Positions 44,449-54,084 of a stretch of 64,000 bases of DNA are shown here, in pieces. The translations under genes and the position numbers were made by a program. The notes under the pieces are model-generated. The model made no database searches, was not told the origin of the DNA, and saw only the letters and a list, made by a program, of their open reading frames with translations. Source of the DNA: Candidatus Pacearchaeota archaeon (lineage in GTDB: Archaea; Nanobdellota; Nanobdellia; Pacearchaeales; JAPDKA01); contig JAWBVE010000005.1 of NCBI GenBank assembly GCA_038840695.1, positions 586 to 64,585 of the forward strand, given 5' to 3'. Each line of letters opens with the position of its first letter. Position 1 is the stretch's first letter.

Positions 44449-44462
44449 CCACATCTTTTTTT

Positions 44463-45782
44463 ATGAAATTTCTTCATCTTGCAGATTGTCATCTTGGAGG
44501 TTGGCATGATGAAAGACTAGAGCATTTGAACTTTAAAGCTTTCGAGCTAGCTCTTAATTTAGCTATAGAGAAAGGAGTTGATGGTATTTTAATAAGTGGC
44601 GATCTTTTCGATTCACCGATGCCAAATTTGCAAATAGCTATAAAAGTATTTGATAAATTAAAGGAAATAAAAAAAAGAGGAATAAGGCTCTATGCAGTTG
44701 CAGGAAGTCATGATGTAGCGCATGAAGTTGGCATAATAAATTTGCTTGCAGCAAGTGAAATAATAAAGAATGTGGCTTTTAATGATCACAAGCAAGAAAA
44801 AGATATTAATGATTTCATTGAAAAAATTGGTGAAGAAGAAGTGCTTATTATTGGTATTTCTGGAAAGAGAAAGGCAAGAGAGATAGAGGATGTCAAAAAA
44901 TTAAAGGAATTTTTAGAAGCAAATAAAGAAAAGCTAAAGAACAAGAAAAAAATCCTTTTGCTTCATTCAGCAGTAAGTGAACTTTGTAATTTGCCAATTG
45001 AAAGCATATCAATTGCTGAATTGCCCAAAGGCTTTGATTATTATGCACTTGGCCATATTCATAGTCCTTCGATAATGAAAAAATACTGCTATCCAGGGCC
45101 AACTTTCCCAAACAACTTTGAAGAGCTAGAAAGACTGAATTTTGGAAGCTGTGTTCTTGTTGATTTAAAAAGTGATGAGCCAAAAATAGAGTGCTTTAAG
45201 CTTAAAAGTCATGAAATAAAAACCTTCTTTTTTGATGCAAATAATAAAAATCCCTTCGAGCTAAATAAAGAAATATTAGAAAAAATTGAAGAGAGCGAAA
45301 TAAGGCAAGGAATAATTACATTAAGATTAGAGGGAACTTTGTCAGAAGGCAATATAGCTCAGATTGAATTTAGTAAAATAAATGATAGCTTTCCAGACTT
45401 AATTGTTCTTAAAAATATTTCAAAGCTAAGCTCTAAGGAGTATGAGCATGAAGAGCTAGAAATAAGTGCTTCAAGCATTGAAGAGCTCGAACAAGAAATA
45501 ATAATGAAAGAAATTCGAAGAGAAAAGCTGAAAGATGGAAGTGAGAAACTTATGTTTGAAATTATACTTGAGCTTATCAAGTGCTTTGATAAAGAGAAAC
45601 TAGAGGGAGAAACAAATAGTACGTTTGAAGCTAGGCTATTAACTGAGCTTAGAAGCAAGGAGGATAGTTTAATTAGATCTTGGGAAAAAATAAATAAAAT
45701 GAATCTTGCCCACAGCCAGACGTGCAACCAGCACAATAGCACAGCCAACATAGCCAACGCAGCTAGCTTTGCATCAAAATGA
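44463..45782 (+). CDS. mre11: DNA double-strand break repair nuclease Mre11
   Basis: 439-aa ORF. Phosphoesterase motifs HLADCHLG, SGDLFD, AGSHD and LGHIH. The stop overlaps the rad50 start (ATGA at 45779-45782). Confidence 0.88.
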   Translation: MKFLHLADCHLGGWHDERLEHLNFKAFELALNLAIEKGVDGILISGDLFDSPMPNLQIAIKVFDKLKEIKKRGIRLYAVAGSHDVAHEVGIINLLAASEIIKNVAFNDHKQEKDINDFIEKIGEEEVLIIGISGKRKAREIEDVKKLKEFLEANKEKLKNKKKILLLHSAVSELCNLPIESISIAELPKGFDYYALGHIHSPSIMKKYCYPGPTFPNNFEELERLNFGSCVLVDLKSDEPKIECFKLKSHEIKTFFFDANNKNPFELNKEILEKIEESEIRQGIITLRLEGTLSEGNIAQIEFSKINDSFPDLIVLKNISKLSSKEYEHEELEISASSIEELEQEIIMKEIRREKLKDGSEKLMFEIILELIKCFDKEKLEGETNSTFEARLLTELRSKEDSLIRSWEKINKMNLAHSQTCNQHNSTANIANAASFASK

Positions 45783-47845
45783 TAATCAAAAGCATCGAAC
45801 TTTATAATATAAAAAGCCACAAAAAAAGTTTTATTGAATTTCCAAGAGCATCAATTCTTTTAGCTGGCGATATTGGAAGTGGCAAATCGAGCATTTTACA
45901 AGGCTTGGAATTCGGCCTCTTCGGATTTCAGAGAGGTGAGCTCGAAGGTAGAAATCTCTTGCGAGCTGGAACAAATGAGGGCTATGTTAAGGTCAATTTT
46001 GAAGTTAATGGAAAAAAAGTTTCAATAAAGCGTGAAATAGCTAGGAAGAAAGATTCATTTTTGCAAAGTGATGCGTGGCTGGAGATAGAGGGCAAGCTTC
46101 AAAGACTTAGTGTAGAAGAAATAAATGCAAAAGTTGTCGAGCTTCTTAATTTTCCAGATCCAAAGAAAAAAAATCTTATTTATAGATTTACTGTATATAC
46201 CCCTCAAGAGCAGATGAAGCGAATTTTGCTTGAGAAGCCAGATGTTAGGCTTGATATTTTGAGAAAGATATTTAATATTGATAAATATAAGCGAGTTAGT
46301 GAAAACCTTGGGGTTTATTGTAAAGAGCTTAGAGAGAGAATCAGGATTTTGAAGACAGAAGTTAAGGATATTGAAAGTATAAGGCAAAAAATTAACGAGT
46401 TAAAAAAAGTATTACAAGAGTTGAGTGGAAAGAAGCAGCTTCTCGAACAGAGGCTTGAAAAAGAAAAAAAGCTCAAAACAACTATTGAAATTTCAATTGA
46501 AAGCTTAAAGGAGGAGAGTGAAAGCATAGAGAAGCAGCTTATTGAACTAAATAGACTTAAAACTGCATTAAATGAGAAGAAAAATAGCTTAGACTATATC
46601 GATGAAGAAATAAAAAGTTTTGGAGAAAAAAAGATCAAGAAAAGAGAGGAATTGATTGCTGAAAGACAAATTCTTAAGAACAAACTAAATTCAACCCTAC
46701 AAAGCATAGAAAAAATAAGTGATGAAATAAACAAGCTTAGAGAAGAAAAAGAAAACATTAGCAAAATTATTTTTCTCAATAAAGAAAAGATTTCACAGCT
46801 TAAGCAAGAGATAGAAGCAAGCTTAAAACTTAATGTATGCCCAAAATGTAAGCAGCAAGTTAGCGAGGCCCATAAGAATAAGGTTATTTCTGAACTACAA
46901 CTTGCAATCAAGAAATCAGAGCAAATAGTAAGTGAGGAGGAAGAAAAACTTAAGAGCATTAATTCTAAAATAAAAGCTAAAGAGCAAGAGGCTGATGCTT
47001 TAAACAAAGCTATGAGAGAGCTCGAATTAAAACTGAAAGATGCTGAGCATGCACTTTCTCAGCTCGAGGCTTATGAAAGGAAGCTTTCATTGAAAGAAAA
47101 GCTAGCTAAAGAGATAGCAAAGCTCCAGGCAGAATTGGCAGAGATAAAAATTGATGAGAAGGCTTATGAGGAGAAAAAGTTAGAGCAAAAGAAAAAGCTT
47201 GAAGAGCTCGATAAAGTTAATACTAGCATAACTTCAATTCTGACAGAGATTGCTGGGATTGATGAAGGAATTAGGCTGAGGAGTAAGCAACTTACTGAAG
47301 AGGAAGCACAACTTAAGCAAAAAGAATCCTTACTAGATAAAATTCAAAAGCTTAGCTTGTTTGAGGCTTGGCTTAGTTCATCTTTTTTGTCAATTATTGA
47401 AAAAATCGAGAGAGCAATGCTTTATAAAATAAATAAGGAAGTGGGAACTTTATTAAAAAAATGGTTTTGTATGTTTGTTGATAGTAACATTGATGTTGCA
47501 CTTCTCGACGATTTCACCCCTTTAGTAGAGGAAAATGGCTATCAGCGGGATTATGCAGATCTTTCGGGAGGAGAGAGGACAGCTCTTGCACTAGCCTATA
47601 GACTAGCATTAAATCAGCTCATAAACTCTTTAACCAATCTTGGCACGAAGGGGCTTATTATTCTCGACGAGCCTACAGAGGGCTTTAGTCAAAAACAGCT
47701 TGAAAAAATGGCTGATGTTTTTAAAGAAATTAGGGCTGAACAGCTCCTAATAGTTAGCCATGATCCAAAGATTGAGAATTTTGTTGATCATATAATAAGG
47801 CTCAGAAAAGAGAATGGCATAACGAGCATCATAAGGCTTCGTTGA
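45779..47845 (+). CDS. rad50: DNA double-strand break repair ATPase Rad50 (compact, 688 aa)
   Basis: Walker A GDIGSGKSSILQGL, long coiled coil with zinc hook CPKC (~46843-46854), signature LSGGERTALALAYRLAL, Walker B LIILDEPT and H-loop VSHD. Confidence 0.9.
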   Translation: MIIKSIELYNIKSHKKSFIEFPRASILLAGDIGSGKSSILQGLEFGLFGFQRGELEGRNLLRAGTNEGYVKVNFEVNGKKVSIKREIARKKDSFLQSDAWLEIEGKLQRLSVEEINAKVVELLNFPDPKKKNLIYRFTVYTPQEQMKRILLEKPDVRLDILRKIFNIDKYKRVSENLGVYCKELRERIRILKTEVKDIESIRQKINELKKVLQELSGKKQLLEQRLEKEKKLKTTIEISIESLKEESESIEKQLIELNRLKTALNEKKNSLDYIDEEIKSFGEKKIKKREELIAERQILKNKLNSTLQSIEKISDEINKLREEKENISKIIFLNKEKISQLKQEIEASLKLNVCPKCKQQVSEAHKNKVISELQLAIKKSEQIVSEEEEKLKSINSKIKAKEQEADALNKAMRELELKLKDAEHALSQLEAYERKLSLKEKLAKEIAKLQAELAEIKIDEKAYEEKKLEQKKKLEELDKVNTSITSILTEIAGIDEGIRLRSKQLTEEEAQLKQKESLLDKIQKLSLFEAWLSSSFLSIIEKIERAMLYKINKEVGTLLKKWFCMFVDSNIDVALLDDFTPLVEENGYQRDYADLSGGERTALALAYRLALNQLINSLTNLGTKGLIILDEPTEGFSQKQLEKMADVFKEIRAEQLLIVSHDPKIENFVDHIIRLRKENGITSIIRLR

Positions 47846-47882
47846 GCCTTGTTAGGCCTAGTTAAAGCCTAAAGCTTGAGCT

Positions 47883-48695
47883 TTAAAGCTTACTATTTTG
47901 AGAATTGTTGAGATAATTGTTAAGAAGATTTATCAAAGAAGAGGCGAAGAAAGGACTTTTAATGTAAATTGCAAAGTCATTTCTTGGCTCGGTTCCTTCA
48001 CTTGGCATTAAAAAAATCTCTTTTCCATCTATAATGCAAAATCTTGAATCAAAATCAATTTTTCTAATTTTTATGCCAAGCTCTTTTGATAGTAGTTTAC
48101 CAGCCCTCTCATCACCCTTAGCTGCTATAAGAATCTTAACTTTTGCTTTGTTTAGCTCTGGCATAAGTGGCTTTAGGAGCCTTATTTTATCATTAAGCTT
48201 AACCAAATTAGTTACAATTATAACACTCTTCTTCGCTCCTCTTATTGCTGTCTTTAAATTATAATTTATGTTATTTCTGCCCTTTATTAATTGCGTTGTT
48301 TCATCGAGATTGATAGGCTTTATTCCTTGATTAAACAATTGCTCAAGCAATAAATATTCTTCAGTGCTCTTTATGTTATCAAAAATTTTTATCTTTTCTT
48401 TTGCACTAGCCATTAAGTTTGCTTTAAGTCTCTCTATAACCTCAGCCGGCTTCAGTGCCATATACTTAATAGGCTTGCCAAGTTTCATAATAACAAAACC
48501 CTGCTTTTCAAGGCTTTCTAGAACATCATAGACTCTACTTCTTGGCACTCCTGAAATCTCAGCAATCTCTCCAATACTTGCAGTTCCTCTCATTAAGAGG
48601 GCTATCCACACCTTTGCCTCATACTCATTAATTCCAAAGGCAGCTTTTATCTTTGCTATGAATTCTTTGCTTAAAGTTTCTTTAGTTTCTTTCAT
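47883..48695 (-). CDS. TrmB-family transcriptional regulator (paralog of 568..1389)
   Basis: 270-aa ORF. EYEAKVWIALLMRGTASIGEIAEISGVPRSRVYDVLESLEKQGFVIMKLGKPIKYMALKPAEVIE is collinear with and highly similar to the N-terminus of the 568..1389 product. Confidence 0.75.
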   Translation of the reverse strand: MKETKETLSKEFIAKIKAAFGINEYEAKVWIALLMRGTASIGEIAEISGVPRSRVYDVLESLEKQGFVIMKLGKPIKYMALKPAEVIERLKANLMASAKEKIKIFDNIKSTEEYLLLEQLFNQGIKPINLDETTQLIKGRNNINYNLKTAIRGAKKSVIIVTNLVKLNDKIRLLKPLMPELNKAKVKILIAAKGDERAGKLLSKELGIKIRKIDFDSRFCIIDGKEIFLMPSEGTEPRNDFAIYIKSPFFASSLINLLNNYLNNSQNSKL

Positions 48696-48860
48696 TTTAG
48701 ATTTTCTTCTTTGCTTTGTCTTTACAAAGTAATAAAAAATTTAAGGTTTAAAAATCTTTCGTTTTTGCTATGCTGGAGTGAAGTCAAAATTAGCACTAAG
48801 CAAGCTGCCAGCCAAAGTGAAGCTAGCCAGTGAAGCTGGCCAGGTGAAAGAAAAACTGGC

Positions 48861-50003
48861 TTATGGTTTGTAAATAAACTTATCTATCTTGCTCTTTGCT
48901 GCCTCTCTTGCTTTTTGATGAGCCTTGAGAAATGAATTAACTTTCTCTATTAAAATTTCTTTTAGTTCAGAAGTCAGCAGAGCACCACTTTTATAATCAT
49001 TATAGATTTTCTCAAGTTTTTTGTCATCTGGCTCAAAAAACATTCTCAAATACTGATAAGCAACATCAATATCGGGATTGCCGCCGAGCTTTCTATGAAG
49101 TTGAACTGTTGGCTGACCTCCACTGAAAGCATGCTTGATTATTTTTTCCCTAACAACTTCCTCGCTATCTGTTGTGAATATAACTTCTTTTTCAGTTGCC
49201 GAAGCACTCATTTTGCCAAATCCTGCAAGTGATGGAAGGAAAATTGATTGAATAGATGCCGGCTTATAATAGCCAAGTTTTGGCAAAATATCGCGTGTAA
49301 GCCTAAAGTGTGGATCTTGATCTACTGCATGTGGAATTAAGCATGGAATATTTTTTTTCTTGATTATTGAAGGCAAGAAAGCTGGCACAGCCTGCATTGC
49401 AGTATAAAATACTTGCCCAGGATTAGCTTCATCAGTTAAACCAAATGCAGCCTTCACTGTTGATAATGTAAGCCGCTTTGCTACTCGACATGCATGTTTA
49501 TACATCAAACTTGCATGCTCTGTATCAATTAAGAAATGTGTTCTCTTTTCATCAAAACCAAGAGCAATGATATCAAGCATATTATCATGCAACCATTTTT
49601 CAGCTTCCTCTAGCTCAAGTTCTCTTTTGAAAAGAAATTTTTCCTCATCTGGAAACTGAAACCAGAGTTCAGCTTTAAATTTATCTTGTAACCATTTTGT
49701 GAAAATCCATACTAAAAGATGGCCAAGATGAACTGGGCCAGAAGGAGCACGACCAGTATAGAGAAAAAACTTATTTCCTTTTTCATATTCATCAAGCAGC
49801 CAGTTCAAATCACGATGAGCAAAGAAAATCTTTCGCTTTAACATAAAATGTATCTCACCAGTAAATTTCTTTATTCTTTTCAGCAATTTTTCATCAATTT
49901 CAGAAATTCCGAATTGTGAAATTAGTCTTTTATAATCTATCTCTCCACTTACTTCCCATGGCGTAACTTTCATTCCAACTTCTTTCATTATTTTTGCCAC
50001 CAT
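48861..50003 (-). CDS. trpS: Tryptophanyl-tRNA synthetase (archaeal/eukaryotic type)
   Basis: 380-aa ORF. Class I motifs YTGRAPSGPVHLGHLL (HIGH region) and KMSAS, with length and context typical of TrpRS. Confidence 0.85.
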   Translation of the reverse strand: MVAKIMKEVGMKVTPWEVSGEIDYKRLISQFGISEIDEKLLKRIKKFTGEIHFMLKRKIFFAHRDLNWLLDEYEKGNKFFLYTGRAPSGPVHLGHLLVWIFTKWLQDKFKAELWFQFPDEEKFLFKRELELEEAEKWLHDNMLDIIALGFDEKRTHFLIDTEHASLMYKHACRVAKRLTLSTVKAAFGLTDEANPGQVFYTAMQAVPAFLPSIIKKKNIPCLIPHAVDQDPHFRLTRDILPKLGYYKPASIQSIFLPSLAGFGKMSASATEKEVIFTTDSEEVVREKIIKHAFSGGQPTVQLHRKLGGNPDIDVAYQYLRMFFEPDDKKLEKIYNDYKSGALLTSELKEILIEKVNSFLKAHQKAREAAKSKIDKFIYKP

Positions 50004-50102
50004 CTTTTAAATAGACATCATCTTTCGAGTAGTGATAGCTGGATAAGCTAGATAATAAGTTAGATCAAATAAATTTAAAAAGTTTTTTTGGATTTGAGTT
50101 AA

Positions 50103-51113
50103 ATGAAACATCAACTAAGGATAGCCTTACTCTTAATAGTGCTCTTTGTGCTAGCACAGCTTGCAGGACTTGCTGTTACGGCTTCATACAAAAAGCATTT
50201 TGAGACAGAAAAAATAAGCACTGAAATAAAGGAAGCAAAAGAGCTAGAAAAAAATGTTTCAGAGGAAAGAAATGTTTCTGTAATAAAAGAAGTTATTCCT
50301 GAGAAGATTGAGATTAAGAGAAGTGTTGACATAATCTCACTTATAGCAAGCTTTTTTGTGGCTCTAATTATGGCAACAGTTATTTTTATTTTGCTCATGA
50401 AAATTGGAGTAGTTAGGTTTATGCGTTTTTGGTTTTTTCTTGTCGTATTCATAGGCCTTTTCATTTCTTTTTCTCTTCTTTTAATTGATTTTATTATTGC
50501 AAAAGTTAAGATCGGCTCGCTTTATTTTAGCGTGGCCGAAATAGTAGCCTTTTTTCTAGCCATATTGCTTGCCTTCTATAAAATCTATCGAAACGAAGTG
50601 CTAGTACACAATTTAACAGAAATTTTCATTTATCCAGGAATAGTTACCCTTTTCTTGCCAATTGTAAATTTGCCAATTGTCATCGGACTTCTTTTAATAA
50701 TTTCCATTTATGACTTTGTTGCTGTTTTTAGGACAAAGCACATGCAAAAAATGGCAAAGTTTATGTTGAAAGATGTTAAAGTATTTTCAGGATTGATGCT
50801 TCCATACATTTCAAAAAAAGAAAAAGAAAGGCTCGAGAGAATTAGGCTTAAAAGGAAAAGAAAAGCGAGAGAGTTAAAGATTAAAGTCAACTTGGCAGTG
50901 CTCGGAGGAGGGGATATTGCATTTCCAATGCTTCTTTCTGCAGAGGCTTTGCTTAGCTATGGCTTGCTTAGTTCTGCCTTCGTGATTGCTTTCTCCACGC
51001 TTGCTCTTTTCTTTTTGCTTGCTCTCGGCGAGAAAGGAAAGGCCTATCCTGCCATGCCCCCTCTTAGTGTTGGCGGACTAATCGGATTTAGCTTGAGCCT
51101 GCTTTTCATATAA
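50103..51113 (+). CDS. Presenilin/signal-peptide-peptidase homolog (GxGD intramembrane aspartyl protease, A22)
   Basis: 336-aa polytopic ORF with ordered motifs ISIYDFVAVF (YD), LGGGDIAFP (GxGD) and YPAMPPL (PAL-like). Confidence 0.7.
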   Translation: MKHQLRIALLLIVLFVLAQLAGLAVTASYKKHFETEKISTEIKEAKELEKNVSEERNVSVIKEVIPEKIEIKRSVDIISLIASFFVALIMATVIFILLMKIGVVRFMRFWFFLVVFIGLFISFSLLLIDFIIAKVKIGSLYFSVAEIVAFFLAILLAFYKIYRNEVLVHNLTEIFIYPGIVTLFLPIVNLPIVIGLLLIISIYDFVAVFRTKHMQKMAKFMLKDVKVFSGLMLPYISKKEKERLERIRLKRKRKARELKIKVNLAVLGGGDIAFPMLLSAEALLSYGLLSSAFVIAFSTLALFFLLALGEKGKAYPAMPPLSVGGLIGFSLSLLFI

Positions 51114-51163
51114 CTTTTTTTAAACTTTTATAGCATCTAAGCTCAAAAAGAGCAAAGAAGCTT

Positions 51164-53053
51164 TTAAACTATTCTTATCGAGTCAAGCAAGTTAGGTGCT
51201 ATTGTTTCAACTTTAAAAAGTTTGTGGAGTGTTGATGTCAGATCTTTTATTTTGTTTAATTCACCATGTTGCAGTATTATTCTTTTTGGCTGAGGCTGCA
51301 AGCTACTTACAAAAGAGACTAACTGTGAGCGATCACTATGCCCACTTAAGCCTTCTATAGAAAGCCTTTCAAGAGCTATAGGAATTGTGCGCTCCTCTCC
51401 GTCTATTTCTGCCTTAAATTCAGTTAGACCTTCTTTCACTTTCCTTCCAAGGCTTCCTGCTGATTGATAACTTGTGAAAATTATTGTATTGACTTTGCTA
51501 CTTGCTAGCTCCTTAAAATATTCAAGACTTGCTCCTCCAACAAGCATCCCAGAAGTTGCAATTATTATACAAGGTCCACCCTCAATTACTTCTCTTCTTT
51601 CATTCGGTGAGCCAACTTTCTTGAAAACCTCACTTGAGAAAATGTTCTCTCCACTATATACTTTACTTCTAAGGCTAAAGCCGAGAAATTCTGGGTAAGC
51701 TGTGTGAATAGCTGTGATATCCCAAACCATTCCGTCAATATAGACAGGAACTTTTGGTAAAGTGCCAGCTTCGATGGCTTCTTTTATTATCAACATTACA
51801 TCCTGACTTCTTCCAACGCCAAGTACTGGAATTAGCACTTTTCCCTTTCTCTCTATAGTCCTCTTTATTCCTTCTATTAGCCTTGCCTCACTTTCAGCTC
51901 TGCTCGGCTGTCTATCTTCTCTACCTCCATAAGTTGCTTCCATTATCAAGCTCTCCAGTCTTGCAAACTTTGTCACAGCAGGATCAAAGAGCTTTGTTTT
52001 TGCATATTTAAAGTCAGATGTATAAAGTAAATTGTGAAGGCCATTTGCAATATTTATATGTGCCATTGCAGAGCCAAGAGAATGACCAGAGCGATAAAAA
52101 GTTAGCCTTAAATCAGATGTTATATCAGTTACCTCATTATAATCAAGAGCTATAGAATGTTTTATCATTGTTTTTATGTCAGAGATAGAGAAAAGAGGCT
52201 TTGTAGCTTGTTTATATGTTACTCCGATGAAATCAAGTGCAAGTAGGGCCGTTGTATCTCTCGTCGGGGCTGTCATATATGTAGGCCCTCTATAGCCTAT
52301 CTTATATAAATAAGGTACAAGTCCACTATGGTCAAGATGGGAGTGTGTCACTATGATTGCATCGATTTCCTTTATATTAAACTCGGGCACATTCAAAATA
52401 GGAAATTTTTCTGTCTCACTTGCAAGATCGATGCCACAATCAAGCAGCACACGCGAGTCTGGAGTATGCAATAGTAAGCAACTTCTGCCAACTTGCCGTG
52501 CGCCGCCAAGAAAAGTTACTCTTGCCCAAGTAACCTTTTCTTTTTTCTCCCCCCACTCTCTATATATCTTTTTTCCAATCCCGTTCAGAAATTTTTTTCT
52601 ATATGCAGAGCTTTTATAAATAATATTAGTTATTCCCTCACTAATCTTGCTTCTTATCATTGCTATCCTTCTTATCTCTGGCTTCCAGAAAATCTCTTTT
52701 TTAATTTTTTTTAGCAGCTCAGCATTATTTTCAACAAGAGGAGTAGGATTTAAACAGTCTAGTATAACAATACCTCTTGCTTCATCAAAATGAATTCCTT
52801 CTAAGCCAGCCTCTTTTGGTACTCTTTCTCTTATTATTTCTTCACACTTCTCTTGTTCAAGCAAAAGCTCTTTGCTAGCTCTAAGCTCAATCCTCTTTTT
52901 TATTTCATTTACTATCTCCCTAATTTTTTCTTCCCCTCCAAGAAAAAATTCCTTGTTTGAAGTATAAGCTATTATATTACTTCCTTCAAAATAGATTGAA
53001 CTTACTGAATTAGGTGGCAATTTCTCTAGAATTGTTTTTAAAATATCCGCCAT
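51164..53053 (-). CDS. aCPSF1-type beta-CASP ribonuclease (KH + metallo-beta-lactamase + beta-CASP)
   Basis: 629-aa ORF. An N-terminal ~180-aa KH-like region is followed by the MBL motif THSHLDHSGLVP and beta-CASP/C-terminal His motifs (...LSGHSD...). The length matches archaeal CPSF1. Confidence 0.88.
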   Translation of the reverse strand: MADILKTILEKLPPNSVSSIYFEGSNIIAYTSNKEFFLGGEEKIREIVNEIKKRIELRASKELLLEQEKCEEIIRERVPKEAGLEGIHFDEARGIVILDCLNPTPLVENNAELLKKIKKEIFWKPEIRRIAMIRSKISEGITNIIYKSSAYRKKFLNGIGKKIYREWGEKKEKVTWARVTFLGGARQVGRSCLLLHTPDSRVLLDCGIDLASETEKFPILNVPEFNIKEIDAIIVTHSHLDHSGLVPYLYKIGYRGPTYMTAPTRDTTALLALDFIGVTYKQATKPLFSISDIKTMIKHSIALDYNEVTDITSDLRLTFYRSGHSLGSAMAHINIANGLHNLLYTSDFKYAKTKLFDPAVTKFARLESLIMEATYGGREDRQPSRAESEARLIEGIKRTIERKGKVLIPVLGVGRSQDVMLIIKEAIEAGTLPKVPVYIDGMVWDITAIHTAYPEFLGFSLRSKVYSGENIFSSEVFKKVGSPNERREVIEGGPCIIIATSGMLVGGASLEYFKELASSKVNTIIFTSYQSAGSLGRKVKEGLTEFKAEIDGEERTIPIALERLSIEGLSGHSDRSQLVSFVSSLQPQPKRIILQHGELNKIKDLTSTLHKLFKVETIAPNLLDSIRIV

Positions 53054-53250
53054 CTTAGCTCAACATTAGCTTTCTATTTTAGCTTTCTATTGGCTTTCTT
53101 ATCCTAAGCTTATCCTAGTCTTAGATTTACAAATTTAATTTACAATTTTTGCAAATTTTTTCAATCTTTTACTAATTTTTACTAATTTTTATTAATTCTT
53201 AAAACAATTTGAAGCAATTTTACAATTTTGCTATGCTAATTTTTTACTTA

Positions 53251-53289
53251 TGCTTATTTCTTTACTTATCTTTGCTTATTTCTTTACTT
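53251..53289 (-). repeat. Duplication of the psmB 3' terminus including stop codon
   Basis: tgcttatttctttactt occurs at 53273-53289, overlapping the last psmB codons and its TAA (53276-53278), and again at 53251-53267, 5 nt further downstream on the coding strand. Confidence 0.9.
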
Positions 53290-53935
53290 CCTTCATAATC
53301 ATCGTTATTTCTCCTTCCATTACTTTCCTTGCACCCTTCTCATCTATAACAACAATATCAAGGCCACTTCCCGTAGCCGTATCTCGTTGCATTGCAGCGT
53401 TTAATGCTTTTACAACAAGTTGTATTGCTTCATCTCTACTTAGCTCTGGCCTATAGCCTGCCTCGAGCACTCCATAGGCTACAACAGAGCCAGAACCCAC
53501 AGAGACAAAATCTTTATGCTCCATGATACTTCCATCTATTCCTATATCATAAAGCCAACTTCCTTTCACATCTCTGCCACCCATAACAAATGCTGTTATA
53601 GCAATCAAAGGAGAGAGCTTTCTTATGTTTTCATAAGTTAATGTTGCAAAAAGATTTGCAGCCTCTCTTACACTTGGCTCAACTTTAGTGCGAAGCTGTT
53701 TGAGCCTAAGTTCAGCCTTAGTTATTTTCAAAAGTAACTGCACATCACTAACATTACCTGCCGTTGCAACAGCTATCTTATCAGTAATTATAGCTATCTT
53801 TTCAAATTTTTTATGCGCTATCCATATGCCCCCAGCTGTTACTCTCTTGTCTGCACCGATTACAACTCCATCCTTTGTTGCCACACCAATAACAGTCGTT
53901 CCTGTTTGCAGGATTTTATCATTTACACTATCCAT
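53276..53935 (-). CDS. psmB: Proteasome subunit beta
   Basis: 219-aa ORF with a short propeptide followed by TGTTVIGVATKDGVVIGADKR (catalytic Thr after processing). Confidence 0.92.
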   Translation of the reverse strand: MDSVNDKILQTGTTVIGVATKDGVVIGADKRVTAGGIWIAHKKFEKIAIITDKIAVATAGNVSDVQLLLKITKAELRLKQLRTKVEPSVREAANLFATLTYENIRKLSPLIAITAFVMGGRDVKGSWLYDIGIDGSIMEHKDFVSVGSGSVVAYGVLEAGYRPELSRDEAIQLVVKALNAAMQRDTATGSGLDIVVIDEKGARKVMEGEITMIMKEVKK

Positions 53936-54051
53936 TTTGTGATTTTAGAATTTCTAATAAAATATTTTGGATTTAAAAATATTGTGGTTCAAAGAAAAAT
54001 TTTATGATTCAAAGGCAAAAGCTGGCAAAAGCTGAAAGATTTTGCTTTGAC

Positions 54052-54066
54052 AAAATTTAAAAATAG
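54052..54066 (+). promoter_or_regulatory. TATA-like box upstream of the aEF-2 gene
   Basis: aaaatttaaaaatag is centred ~26 nt upstream of the ATG at 54085. Confidence 0.35.
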
Positions 54067-54084
54067 CCAAAAAGAAAATTTAGA

